64,000 bases of DNA. Source: Phoronis australis (Eukaryota > Animalia > Phoronida). Position numbers and translations under genes: made by a program. The notes beneath the pieces were generated by a model. It was not told the origin of the DNA and searched no databases. It saw only the letters and a program-made list of their open reading frames with translations. Where the stretch lies: contig NMRA01000166.1 of the NCBI GenBank assembly GCA_002633005.1, forward strand, positions 124,001 through 188,000. The letters are read 5' to 3'. Positions 1 to 12,990 of this stretch are shown here, piece by piece; the first letter of the stretch is position 1, and each line of letters begins with the position of its first letter.

Positions 1-1091
1 TGTATCTGCCCTAATAAGCGCCCAGGGCACTTAGAAAAATTCTTATTGTGTCCTAAGATGACTGATACCCGGTCTCCAAAGGTATGAAGTCATAAGCTAG
101 GATTCATGAAATTTACGATCTGTGATGTAGCTGTAACCTATGACAGACTTTCTACAAAATTGTGGTGCATTTTTATCAAACTTCTTTGTTGAATTACGAT
201 CATTTTTCAGAAAATTGTGCTGAAATCCCAGGGCGAAAACTTGCCGACTGATGTGTCGCAGTTTCGACTCAACAAATTACCTGAAGTCCTTAAGTTTTCA
301 AAATAGCATTCTTGCGGAATCGGGATTAACTGTAGAATAAATCCAAATTTGTGCTAGATCATACCCTGCAACACGAGAAAAATCTCTGGACCAACACACT
401 TGTTGTTGTAACGTGACGTTTGTTTTCAAGTTCGTCTGCATGTGTGTTGAGCAAGCGCATGCGTGTCATCAGATTTCATTTGCCAGAGTAAACGCAGTGC
501 GACGATATATAGGTGTGCATTGTAACTAAAGAAATTTACACATTAAGCAGTAAAGCAGAACGTGTTTTATTTTAGCACTTGCTGGTCTTATCTGTTAAAA
601 AACGTTCGAGAATTTCTCGGTAAGGCAGATATGAAATGTCATTGAATTTCCGGGTGACTGGATGCGTGACAGTCTAACTGTTATTTTCCGGGAGATTCGG
701 TCAAGTTTTTCTTAGTGTTCGTGTTCAAAGAAATTTGGATTCCTGTTGAGTTAGAAGATCTGTTCTGAAAGGCCAAATCATAGTTGTGGGACACGTTACT
801 CGCAAGCTCATCAAAACTTAAGCGTTTTTTGAAGCACTGCAGAAATTTCAAGTGTATGGTCACGGCTAAATACCAACGTAGCGGCGAGGTTCGTGGTCTA
901 CAAATTCTGCGCTTAATGATTTTTCAGGACTGTCGGATATTATTGATAAATTGAAGACGTTACTGTAGAATTTTAGGTATAAGGCATTTTTCGCATGTAC
1001 AAGTTCATGGGCTGGGCGCTCATTTTAGCGAAGTCTGAAAACGCATGGGGGGCGCTTATAGGGGCATGGGTGCTTATTAGGGCAAATACAG
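1..1091. mobile_element. Non-autonomous TIR DNA element (Tc1/mariner-pogo-like MITE), left end at window edge
   Basis: Start TGTATCTGCCCTAATAAGCGCCC is a near reverse complement of GGGTGCTTATTAGGGCAAATACAG (ends 1091), which is followed by TA. No transposase ORF. Confidence 0.7.
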
Positions 1092-1925
1092 TAAATCACT
1101 TCTCATCTGAGTAAGGAACAAGTTGAGACCTGGCTAGAGTTCAGTAGCTGACTTGTAGCTAGAATAATCTTATTAGCCACAATCACGTATTCTCATTTAT
1201 ACACGGCAATCTCGCAATGTCTTGCTTTTCTACGGAGGTCGTAGTGTTATTGAACTCTGATGTAAATATAGCTCTTTAATAATGGTGGAAGAACTAATAA
1301 GAAGTTATTGATGATGGTGGATTTATGGCAACTTGAAGTGAATGCATCTTTGTGTGATGTGGATTATGTAATTTTGTATGCAGTGACAGAGGTTGACATT
1401 ACCATAAACGCATGCCTTCTGATAGTTTTGTGTGACTCTTGTTGCGCAATACTTCCATCCTTTCAAGATTTTTGTTTTGTTCTTTTTCTGGTGAGATTAA
1501 TAAAAAGAGAATAAAATTTTATATTTTTCTATTTGAATCAATTGTTACAAGCTGCACTTATAATACTTATGGGAAAGTTTTGCAAAGCATTGGTAACTCA
1601 CCAATTGAGATGAATGACATTCATTGCTGACTTTAATGCAGAATGCGTAATTAATTAAGTGTATCACAACTCTCCATCAAAGAATTCCTCTCAAGCTCAA
1701 ACTTAAAGGTGTATTCCCGTCTTCACACTACGGAAATTGTTTGGAGGTGTCTTATGTTGGATGTCCATTACGATTAGCACCAATAAAAAGTTACATGGAG
1801 GACATATTTATGGGCACTATGGGAGTACGTGAACAGTATGTAATATAAAAAGGAGTGATTTCCATAAAAGAGATGGTAGCTTGCTTGTTTACTGATAAGA
1901 CATGGTGTACTGTTTTGTATTGTAG

Positions 1926-3087
1926 AGGCCATGGCATGAGCTGGAGAGCAACTATCAGATCATGTTCAAGGTGGGTATGGGCGGCACACCGACCATCCCG
2001 GACACGCTCAGTGAAGAAGGCAAAGACTTCCTGTCCCTCTGCTTTGAACAAGATCCCAAACAGAGGGCGCTGGCAAGTCAGTTGATGGACCATAAGTTCA
2101 TTAAGGTAACCAGCAAATAATGAGAATAATAGCTACTGTTTTAACAATTGAATAATAATATGGCTGTCAATTTCAAATGAAACCCAGAACATGTATTTGA
2201 TAAGTGGCACATTTGTGTTTGGAAGCTTGTGCACACAAACAGAAAGTTGAGTACAAATTATTAGTATGTTCTGTTTAGGCAGAAAGAAAAGAAAATGTAC
2301 ACTCTTGTAGTACTGATTTGTGCATTTTAGAAGCAGTGACAGTATTTTTGTGCAAGTCGATATCTATTAATGTCAGGTTTTAAAAGCAAGAACATGAGAC
2401 ATAAGTTAATTTCATCAACCAAGTACACTCTACTAGAGAGCAGTAGTAAGAGTTAGGGGTTCATTCAACACAGACTTGAAAGCTTTTGACTCAACCCACT
2501 TTATGCACGTTTGAGCAGAAATGATCCGCCCCTCACTGTACTTCCCCTTATCATCATGTTCTCTTCCCCGAGCTGAATCAGGTGCAATTGGAAACTATAG
2601 GAACACTGCAAGCGCTTACCACTGTACCAACAGCTGGTCCAGTGTAGTAGCTATACAAATAATCCTCATGGTAGTTGGCAGTTAATTTTTCCATTTAGTA
2701 GCTCATTTTTTGCATTCACCATGTTATGCATTCGACGTAATATCTGTGGAGCCAGTCTTCATTTCTCACATTATCACTGTCAGCATTTCTCGAATGATAA
2801 AGGAATGCTGAAGAATTGTCTGTGAGGGAAGAATGTTCTTAATAGTGAGATTGCCTTTCTAGTTTGTGAGACAAGAAGATAGCTGTCCTGATATTGCAAC
2901 ATTTGTATCACCCTAATTACTCTTAGGTTCACTACCTATGATATCTCAACTCACTTATGATTTCTGGTTCAATAATTGAAAACTTGTTTTGCTGTTTCTT
3001 ACTCAGAAAATAAGTTGATCTTTTCTTTAGTTACGAGATGTGTTTCTTTTGTAGGTTTATTTGGAAGATGATGTCAACTCCAGATAG
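1926..3087 (+). CDS. MAP3K4: Mitogen-activated protein kinase kinase kinase 4 (MEKK4), last two coding exons; 5' part outside window
   Basis: Exon 1926-2105 (ag|..|gt) encodes RPWHELESNYQIMFKVGMGGTPTIPDTLSEEGKDFLSLCFEQDPKQRALASQLMDHKFIK. Exon 3055-3087 encodes VYLEDDVNSR*. This matches the recalled MAP3K4 kinase C-terminus (RPWHE..NFQIM.KVGMG..P.IP..LS.EGKDFL..C). Confidence 0.9.
2440..2640 (-). mobile_element. Degenerate tRNA-derived SINE-like fragment in MAP3K4 intron
   Basis: Minus strand begins GGACCAGCTGTTGGTACAGTGGTAAGCGCTTGC (A-box-like) and ends in a short TAC-rich tail. B box is degraded. Confidence 0.3.
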
Positions 3088-4360
3088 CCTTAATTTTTGT
3101 TCACACGAGGTGCTTTTTGGAGAGCTGTTGCAGTCTTTCCCCAGTGTCCAATTGTGGGTTTAAAGGACACGTTAGTTTACTTAGTCTTACAACTTGGCAT
3201 GTACAGTGCTGCTGTAGATAGTAGTTTTTAGATACTTACAGTTATTGTGGCATTGCATGTTTCTGTCATCCAAATGTCCTATTAATTCAATCTAAGATAT
3301 AACAAGTTTCAGATGGTTTAACATCCATTAAGTATGGTAAAGTCTTGCCCATGTTGGATATTATATGGCTGACTTATTTATTTAAATAAGTAAAAAATTT
3401 AAAGACTATTGGTACCAGATAATGCTGAAATCATTTGAAGTTCAATACCATATCTATCATCAATAAATGTCTTTATGAGCATTCACAACAGTGTTTAGAA
3501 GCTTTTGAAAAATGGTCAATTTTTGAGAGCTTATCTTTGTCTCAGTTTGTTGATATAGTACTGTTATTTGCTAATGAACTCCTTCTTGGCCATAGCACAA
3601 GTATGATGGAAATATTGGAGATGGTGTCAATTCTTTATTTCAAAATTTGAGTATGGTATATTTCACCTATTACGCACACAATATGGTGGTGAAGTGAAAA
3701 TTTCTTGTCAATTTCTTGATCTAAATACGGATTATACTAAATCTTAAGGCTCTTATTGTCTGAATTTGTAATAAGAAGACGTTTTTTAAAGTTTCTATTA
3801 ATTGCAGCAAAGTAATCAGCATTTGTAAAATCAAATATGACAATTTTTGTAATTAGCTTTATGTGTAATAAGTGGAAGATTTACGGTACATCAGACAAAT
3901 GCCAAAATCAAAACAAACAAAAAAGACTAGCCACTGGTGGACATATGTGTTCCAACATAATTGTCATGCTGTTTATGAATCTGGCATGTGCACAATGTGA
4001 CTTTAATGATTTGTCAGCTCAACAGCACCGCTTTATTTCGAGTTATTTTTATTCGGTAGTGAGTTGAAAACAATGATCTTCTTGTCTAGGTCACAGCTAT
4101 AATAGCGTCAGTATTCTGTGATCAGTAGTCAATCTGGGCGTGATCTATGACCGTACGATATATGGAACCAATGTGATTTGTTGTCGGTAAAAAAATTGTC
4201 TATTTTAATGATTTTAAAATGGGCACTGATTAGTCATGTTTGGGTGTAAAGATAATTATGTGTTAGTGTATGTTTGATCATTAGTTTAGGAGAAATCATG
4301 TTCATTTGTTAATTAGGTCATCTTATTCAGTTTCTGTGGATGTTAATACTATTGCTTTGA

Positions 4361-4977
4361 AGGAAATGTCACCAGTTTTAATGCCTTTCTGGTCAGTTTG
4401 GCATATATTACGTAGAACACTGTAAAAGTTATTTTGAAGTTCTTTAGTCGATTTCAATTGAAACGAAACTGGTAAAAGTAGAAATGTTACTCACTTATGG
4501 GAGAATCATTTTTTCTTCTGAATAACGGGCATCAAGTTTGTTCTCTAAACCCGTGCACTTTGTAAGTGACTATTGATGCAAAAACGGCAGAACTTTAATT
4601 AGTGCAAGGGGTGATGCTGTGAGCGAATTTTGAAAACACCAATCAGTCCAACTAAGAAGTGTTCACTCATCTTCAGTTCCAATAACTGTGCTCAGTTTGT
4701 GAGAGGCCTGCAGATGTTCAGTCCTAGCTCTTTTACATAACAATTAGAGACTTTGATTTGAGCAGTTATGTCAGAACCAGGTTATAAAACCAATGCAAAC
4801 AATGATTCAGTGAGTCAGACATGCAGTGTTTTCACTGTGGCCCTTGTATACAACCTCACACTTTCGGGTTAAAGAATTTTTATTGTTGTTTTTATAAAAA
4901 TCTCCTGAAGATTCAAAATACATTCCAGAAAATGTTCAAAACTGACCAAAAATATCATCAAAAAGGTAGCATTTCCT
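4361..4977. mobile_element. Degenerate TIR element (Kolobok-like AGG..CCT ends) in probable MAP3K4 3' UTR
   Basis: AGGAAATGTCACC..TGGTCAGTTT is inverted relative to AAACTGACCA..GGTAGCATTTCCT. Flanks are degenerate TTAA-like. Confidence 0.5.
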
Positions 4978-7900
4978 TTTCAATATCACTTTATAGATTT
5001 TAATTGTCATCAGTGTCACTCGTATTATGATACACGTTATGTGTTTGTACCTACGGTATGCAGTGTGTATTTATTTATTTATTTAGTACCTGCATTTGTG
5101 ATAAACCGTGATGTCATGGATGGACCCTTAAGATTGTTGGGATGGTATGACTTCCTGCCACATTCGAGTGCCCTGATTGGCTCATACAATTGCACTGCTG
5201 ACTACGGTAAAATCTCGCCAATTTAGGATACAATGTAGTCCACTAGAGAAATTTTACTTTCCCTTTTTTTCTCGTGAAAGATAATTAGCGTCAAATAAAT
5301 AATTATCAAAGATGCCTACCATCAGACAATGATTCTGGTATATTGTGGGCATTCATGACAATGTTAAAACATTTATTTTTGTCTGAATTGGGTGAGATTT
5401 TACTGTACATTAATGTACATTTTGATATAAAATGTACACTTTGATGGAAATTGTTTTTGTGAGTCTTGTTTCATTAACTAATTAATTAAATGTTAAACGG
5501 AGATTAAAACCTTAATTGTCCATGAGAAAGGAGGGTTGGTAATTATTTTTAAACAATTAAAATATTAGCCTTTTCATTGTGTACAGTTACAATATTGTTG
5601 TTTGCTTTGTAGACTGTTTGCATTATGAATTCAGGCCAAACTGTCATCTTAGCATGATTTATGTATTCAGAAGACCAGTTCTTGAAATGTCCAGCACTTT
5701 ACTTTAGCTATAAATTGATACAGTACATAGCAAAAGTATGTAAAGAAAATGACCGCGAGTTTTCCTTCATGACCACGGAAGCTGAATTCAATGTTAAAGC
5801 CAAGATTGAAAGGTGAATTAACAAGAAAGTCTGAAATTTGACTCAGCCATTAGTCATTTAGTAGAATATTGCTCCTATGAAAGTCATTACCAGTCATTTT
5901 TTCAGATAACACACTTAGCTGTCATGGCGAAAGTGGCATTTTGTCTGATTACTTCCTGTCATTTACTGTATTTTTTCATTGGCAAAATGGGTTGTGGGTG
6001 AAGATGAGAACAGTGTTTTGATTTGTGAGTGGATTATTGTGAGAGGCAAAGCGAATGTAAAGTCTTGTTTAGAAATCACATGTTTAGCAATTGTACATGC
6101 CTTTCAAAACTGAAAAAAAATTCTAGTGTTGTTAAAACCATATTGAATGTAAATTTATAATCAGTTGCTGGTTGTGTATAGCCTTGGTCATGTACGAGTT
6201 TGGGTAGTCTTTGCGGGTGGGAACAGAGACCTGTTTACTCAAGCCCCTCGCATATTGCTTGCTCTTTGCGGCAAATATGCTGGCCGTGACATCCTCCTTG
6301 GACATCTTCACATGCAGGACACTAGAAAGGTGCAAACAATGAGCACAAATGGACATGTTCAAGAAAATTGCTTCTGACGCTGCCTTTGTTGCCAAGGTGT
6401 TTTGAAAATCTTTGGTGAGGACAATAATATGTGTGCACAAAAGGGATGCACCAAAGTTTGTAGTCATGTGGATGGGTTTTTTTTTCTAAAACGTGATTCT
6501 TTTATATTATGTTCACTTCACGAAAATATTTATTGGTGGAAGTTAGGTAGTTGTATCCGAGGGCTGAACTGCTGTGGGGAGATAAGTTGAACATCACTAG
6601 AAATGCCAAGCTTGGATTTCGTCAGCTGGTAGACAGCCCCAGAAAGAGATTGGCATCCATGCTTCAGTACCGTTGGTTGATTTTTAAAAAACGTAAAGTA
6701 GTAACCAAAGAATTTTTTAAAAGTTTATAGTGTTTGCAGCCTTAGACTAATTCTAGTAGTCAATTGAATACCTTGGACTTTTTGTCCCCCCCCCCCGGGT
6801 GCGCGAATGCCGAGTTTTGGACCAACCAGACTACCGATGCACTCCCTCTAGTTGTATTTTTTCATATTTGCCTCTTTATCTTCATAGTGACTGTAGGGGC
6901 ATGAAAGCATTTTCGCGCCCACAAAAGAGTGGAGTTGGCTTGGGACATTCATATTTATATACAATTATTCATAGTATTCATTTGTTCCAGTCGGTGCTGT
7001 AAGAATTCGTGTTATCCATGGGTTAATGATCGTGCTTGAATCGTTGCCTTGTTTCACTTGTCATCTCAAATAAGTGGTGAATTCTCTGGAAACATGGAAT
7101 AAATAATTCTTGCTAGGAACTCATGGGGTACTTTTCTTTGCTGGAGTTGCTTTTCCAATAAGGTAGCATAACTAGTGAGAACAAAAGGCTAACTTCTGAA
7201 GAGGGCATGTGATTCTAAGTGTCTAGCAATGATGTTTCTTGGCGCGTATTGACACCGAGAGGCACAAATTTATCAAGGGCATGAAATACGGCTTTTTAGG
7301 GACATATGATGACTTTAAATTCCACGGTGTTGTGTCCTACTAAAGGGCCACTGCTTCATTTTCTTCCTGGGGTTTTCTTGGTCCAAATAGATCTGCTAAC
7401 TTCTGTGTATGCAGGACCAAAGAAAACGTGACTGTACACTGAAACTGACGTACTTCGAAACATCAAAGCTGATCGGAATCGTTTGAAGCTTTCACTTTTT
7501 TATGCACTTTTCTCCAAATGTTGGCCAGTGCTATCAAAATTATAACTTAGGTTTTTATGAAAAAAAATCAAAAATTGTATAAAACAAAAACCAAATGATT
7601 ATTTAGGAAACAAGTACACCTTGGGAAAAAATAGTTGGGAATGTATACGCGCGACCTGTGAATTTTTGACCCCAGATTACATTTTCACTGGGTCTAAGTT
7701 ACGCATAGAATTCTCATCCTGTGAAAAAATTGTCCCTCCGCAGTAAACTTGTCACGTAGATGGTGTCGCAGGGGACCTCGGAGGCATTTTTCAACGCTCC
7801 TCTTGCAGTCATGGAATGCCAACTTCGATCTCGCGCTGCTGAGGTTGCGACGCGCATAAATAATCGTCATTTTACATAGCTGACAGGTTCAAAAATATAT

Positions 7901-10064
7901 GTTAATTCTAAAAACCAAGATTGTCACCAAAATGCCAAAAATAATAGAGCGCAGCAGTAACATAAAAAATGGACCCGGTCCAGAGAGGTTGTAAAATGAC
8001 TAAACCAGCAGGGTAACAATTTCAATGGTTCAAATCCTTTCTACCCTATCGAGACAAAGATACTGTAATATGGATCCCTCACAGTTGCTGTGAAGAATTT
8101 GGGCAGGCATTCATCTAAAACTATACGTCTTATTGCGCCTTTGGTACCGTTTGAAGCTGTTATTAAGCAAAAGTTAAGGATGCAGTGACAGTTGCGAAAA
8201 TGTGATAAAATAATTACTCCAACAATCTATCCGAAATTTGCAGATAAAGGTTTTCTCATAGTTAAAAATAAGCAAACATCTATTGTTTAGCTTTGAAATG
8301 TACTGTGGATATATCTAGGTTGCAGTGTAGAGCCCTCCATAGTAATTTATAAATCGACTCATTTCTTCACGAAGTAAAAATTAGTGAGTCTGGTACATGT
8401 AGTGGATGTTACCCAAAACAAGAGACATTGGAACACATTTTTACGATTGTTATGTTACTAAAGAAAGTGGACTGTGGGAAATAACCAATAATATTCATGG
8501 CGAAGTTATTTTGAACACCCGTTGCATAGTTGTTAGCATTCGAGAATGAAAAAACGGGACAACTGGATCGAAAGCGGGACTTCCAGATAAAAAAGGACAT
8601 CTGGGTCTATGCCAAAATACAACGGTGAAATGCAAGCCACAACACACAAAAACGCACCTTTAGTGTTTATTTGCGGAACGGGAAACGTAACACTCGAACG
8701 TGCCCAACAGCTTAAGTCAAATGGAAAATTGCGAGGGCCTCAAAAACCAATGAAAAGCATTTTTTCTCTTTAGTCGATCGGGAAAATAGGGCAGGGAAAT
8801 TACAATAGTAAATGATAATAGGCCCACGTCAATTTTTCCGTGAGTCAAAAAGCGGGACATTTTGATGGTGTGGCGGGATGGTGAGAAAAAAATCAAAATG
8901 TGGAACAACCCGCCGCCATCAGGAGAATCGGCAAGTACAATGCACGCTGTCAGACAAAGTATTGGATTGGAGTTCTCATATGCGTCGTTTATTGGCCTTT
9001 AGTGTCGCTTCTGAACTGAATGTACAACCCGGGCGGCAAAGTCGATTTAGTCCACTTTCGTAGGGGCATAAGGAGGCACACTACAGTTATTACAGGGTTT
9101 TGGATGCCGACGTACACCGAAGTGGAGATGAAGCCTTAAATTTGCTCACGCAGTCCTCATCGAGAGTCTGAAAAAAGCAAAAATTCTTTTAACATTCCCA
9201 ATCACAAGCACGTAGGCCTACTCTTGATAACTGAAACTTTTTTAATCGCCGGGTTAATTCACATCGGCAAAATCGCCGCACACAAAAATTCGGACCAAAA
9301 AACCACAATGACCACTTCCATGCAAGTGGTAGAAAAAATGTGACTAGAGACAGATTCAGGATGCTCGTTCTCTCTAGATTTTAAAAATGTTGTCATAGTA
9401 CGCCCCTTATACCAGCTACTTTTTTATCAATTTTGATCTGTTTGATGAGCCACCTGAACTCGCACCCAGGATTCGCAGACAGGGTTGAAAGCAAACGGCA
9501 GACACCATTTTGCACCAAAAGTAAGTCACGGCTAAAAAAATTGTCTTTTTTCATTCAAAAACACAAGCAAATCAGTTTCCTGGCAATTGTTTTCATGAAC
9601 ACATTCCTCAACCGCCAAACCCTAGGTCGCAGCTTAATCGTTCAGTGCAACCTAAGCCAAGTCACAGCTGCCCGAATTCGACTGCGATGGGCGAATCGTC
9701 GCGGTCCCAATGACAGTGCCTACGGTTGTGGGTGTCCCTGCCTGTGTATCTCATTGTTCAAATCTCCGCGGTCCGCCACGTATGCCATCATGGGCCTAGA
9801 CAACGGTGACGTCTATGTTTCGTACATTGAAAATATACTAGGACCACGCAGGGAACCAGCGAGCACGATCACCTGCACACATTCTGGAGGCGGACTTAAC
9901 CGAAAAGGCGCGCAATTCGATCTCCCAATCACCCGGAGCGGCCGGCGCCGATGCGCAACGAAAGACACCTGAGTCGATCTCTTATCCCCCTAGGCCTTGC
10001 CTCAACAATGAAAGAAAAATAAGTTTTCGACAATTTTCATTATCATATTTACGTACATATAACA

Positions 10065-10244
10065 CGGGGGCGGATCCAGGATTTTCGAAGTTCAGTGGGG
10101 CGGGGGGGGGCAGGGCAGATCGAGTCCGCCAGCAGATTTTGCCTGTCCTCATGTACTGAGACATGGCACTCCCGAACTGCCCTGTGGAATGACGATCTTG
10201 GAGAATTTTAAGGGGGCCATGGCCACCCTCTAAATCCATCACTG
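10065..10244. mobile_element. MITE with 5-bp target-site duplication
   Basis: Ends CGGGGGCGGATCC ... TAAATCCATCACTG, flanked by TAACA on both sides. A related terminus CAGTGGCGGATTTAGGGGGG occurs at 63850. Confidence 0.55.
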
Positions 10245-10844
10245 TAACAGTAAAATTAGCGATCTCTATATGGGGCATTTTAATACAGAAATACCACCAA
10301 CTAATCATAGAAAACGCAGACGTTTGTACTTCATCATCGAATCACACGAGGCAGGGCCTGTTGGCAATGACCATCGCCTCTAGTGTTCAGTGGCCCGCCG
10401 GTGGTCGGGAGGAGGACGTTCTCCGAGGCGGGCCGGAAGATCTGGAAAAAAGTGTAAAGTAAGGGCACTGAAAAAATACAAAGTCGGCACTTTTCACCCC
10501 AAAACCACCACTCAGTTCCCTGCCGATGTTCGACTAAAGCCAACATATTAGATTCCGGAAGCAACCGATTCCAAAAATGTGGTCCAAAAGTACTGTCAAC
10601 CAACTAGTTTTATTTTGCAAATCTGGCCTGTTTGAGGGCTACAGTGACAGCAATGCTCAATCTTTGCAACAGGGGGCCACCGTGTTGAAGAAGAGTGCAG
10701 CTACAGCCGAGAAAGAGGCCTTTTTTATTCTCAGCATGTTCACAAGTACAAACAAGCCACATTCACTTGGCCTACATACAATACCTAACTAAAAAAATAC
10801 CCCCAAGCCTGGCCTACAGCCCAACTGTTCAGTGCCGTGACCCN

Positions 10845-11038
10845 CATGTACCTTACATTATGCTTGTACATGCACCTTACACTATGCCTGTACATGTACC
10901 TTACATTATGCTTGTACATGCACCTTACATTATGCCTGTACATGCACCTTACATTATGCTTGTACATGCACCTTACATTATGCCTGTACATGCACCTTAC
11001 ATTATGCTTGTACATGCACCTTAAATTATGCCTGCACC
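10845..11038. repeat. 24-bp minisatellite, about 8 copies
   Basis: Unit CATG(C/T)ACCTTACATTATGC(T/C)TGTA repeated head-to-tail with no spacers. Confidence 0.95.
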
Positions 11039-11073
11039 CTACCAACAAGCGTGCTGTCTCAGGCCCCAGGGTC

Positions 11074-11272
11074 TATGAAGTGCTTCATCGGTATATCATC
11101 CGTTTGCCTGCTACACTAGTTTTCGTAATAGCTGAAATTGCTCGACCTTGGGAATCGAACCAGCGACCCCGATTTAACCGGCAAGCGTGCTAACCATTCA
11201 GCTAATAGGTAATTGCCCATTAGCGAGTGGCTAACAGAGGCTCACATAGGATTCACCAGAAGCACTTTCACA
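11074..11272 (-). mobile_element. About 200-bp unit with short terminal inverted repeats containing a tRNA-like sequence (solo-LTR/TRIM-like or SINE-derived)
   Basis: Minus strand TGTGAAAGTGCTTC ... GAAGCACTTCATA, with internal A box TAGCTGAATGG and B box GGTTCGATTCC at 11145-11210. Confidence 0.5.
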
Positions 11273-11606
11273 ACAGTTAGAAGCTCAGAATAAAAGGTAG
11301 GGGGCCCAGATTTTTTGTAGGGTAGTTGCGCTAATAACATGAACCAACAGAATAATTAACAAACAGAGTCAGTCCTTAAGTCCAAACATGAACGTTGTAT
11401 TCATTACATTCAAGGGAACCATGCAGTGACCAGTCACACCTTCAAAAATATTTAATTTTCGTGCAACAGAATTCAAACAAAGTGCTTTGTATTCATGGCA
11501 TACTTATTTGGTCTTGCCAATACTTAAAAATGCCTAGCATATTCTACGTTCAGCTTAAATCATGGTCTGCCATCATAATCCCAGTCAAGAGACAGTCCTC
11601 CTTTCA

Positions 11607-11740
11607 CAGTGCTGTAGTGGGGCGTAGGCATACGTAGGCGCAGCCAACCACCTTTTGGCATTTGAACATGGCGCCTATGCACCGTAAGTTACATTCAGTG
11701 CTCAAGGTGATACAGTGGGCTTTCGGCGCCTTCTTACCTC
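11607..11740. mobile_element. Fragment of the hAT-like CAGTGCTGTAGTGG family
   Basis: About 130 bp highly similar to 51219-51352 and similar to the left end at 49934. Confidence 0.7.
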
Positions 11741-12810
11741 ACGCTTTCAGTTGTTTTTCAGATTCCTGCGATAGATTTTTACCGAAAATAAACAAAATAA
11801 TAAAAATTTGTCTGCCTTTTTCAATGATACCGAATTCATCATCTACCTACCATTTTTTATGTAAGAACATTACTCCGAAAACGTCAAATGGGATCAACAT
11901 GACCTCGTGAGCTCATTAACAATTCAACTTGATCTTTAACCTGAGAAACGTCTTAAAATTCAAACCAATAAGTTCAGGTTTCCACGTCTATCTAAGACTT
12001 GTCATTTTTGTCAAGGGTCTCTTTTTTTTGGACACCGTACCTGGGTCAAAATATGATTGTGCATCATTTTAGTTACAACCATCAGGTCTTTGTATGTATT
12101 TATGTATGTATTCGGATTCAAATCAGTGAACTTATGAGATTGCAAGTTCAGGTTAAATATTTTTTAACGCACTAACAGATCAATATTGTATAGACTGCAT
12201 CAGAAAAACTTTCATAGTGTTTCTGCCACCTGCTGTTTGATATTATTGAACTTTGTGATGTGGGATGCAGGTCTAAAGTTATTTTTGACAGGAAAATTGG
12301 TGCACTTTATATCGTGTTCCGTGTCGGTAGGCCAATGACCTCACTGTTCATCGTCCAGGAGCTTTGAAGTGATGAAGTTCACTTGTTTTTTTTGTAATGC
12401 TCGTTATATTTGTGTTCTGGGTGTTTGTAATGTTTGCCCTTCCCGCGGGTCTGAAACAACGGCTACAAAACGTCGCAGAATTTATTAAACAATTTGTCAA
12501 TTTCATCTCTCGATCTCTGTATAGTGAGCAGACATCTTTTAATTGACTTAGATATATTTAATTGGCCTAGGTATAGTTCTGCACATGTATTTGGTTTGAG
12601 TGGTCAAGTGACTTACTATTATACGGTAACTGCTGGTGTAACACCATTGGTATTCAATGTATATAAAACCAATTGACTGATATAAGAATTGTATTGTCAA
12701 AGTAATCAGCATTGAAGCAAACAAAATCAAAGTAAGTAAAACACATGAATAAAACTATTTATACATGATAAAGGATATACGTCATAGTAACACGTGAATA
12801 AAACTATTTA

Positions 12811-12990
12811 TACCGTAAACGTTCGGGTTAACGCCCTGGGCGGTTAAATTGGCAAACCCAAAAAATCGGGGGTGGGCGGTTAACCAGACATGGGCGCTTA
12901 AACGTGAAACTTCAAAAAAATCAAGGGTGGGCGGTTAACCGAACATGGGCGCTTATTACGACAGGCAAGCGCCCTGGGCGGTTAATCTTA
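12811..12990. mobile_element. One end of a TA-CCGTA-type (Tc1/pogo-like) element with subterminal repeats
   Basis: TACCGTAAAC start, then repeated GGGCGGTTAA and ACATGGGCGCTTA motifs resembling the element at 1-1091. Confidence 0.5.

Noticed and set aside
9433-9972. 179-aa ORF
   Set aside because: Non-ATG start, no recognisable domain, and no supporting exon structure.
10845-11038. CRISPR-like array or repetitive protein ORFs
   Set aside because: No unique spacers, eukaryotic context and no cas genes. The ORFs arise from a stop-free minisatellite.
11145-11210. Functional tRNA gene
   Set aside because: Acceptor and anticodon stems pair poorly; treated as a tRNA-derived repeat.
12372-12546. 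Possible small membrane protein (MKFTCFFVMLVIFVFW...) after a 1-nt correction in a T8 run
   Set aside because: It needs an assumed frameshift, has no recognisable homology, and T-rich DNA gives hydrophobic peptides by chance.
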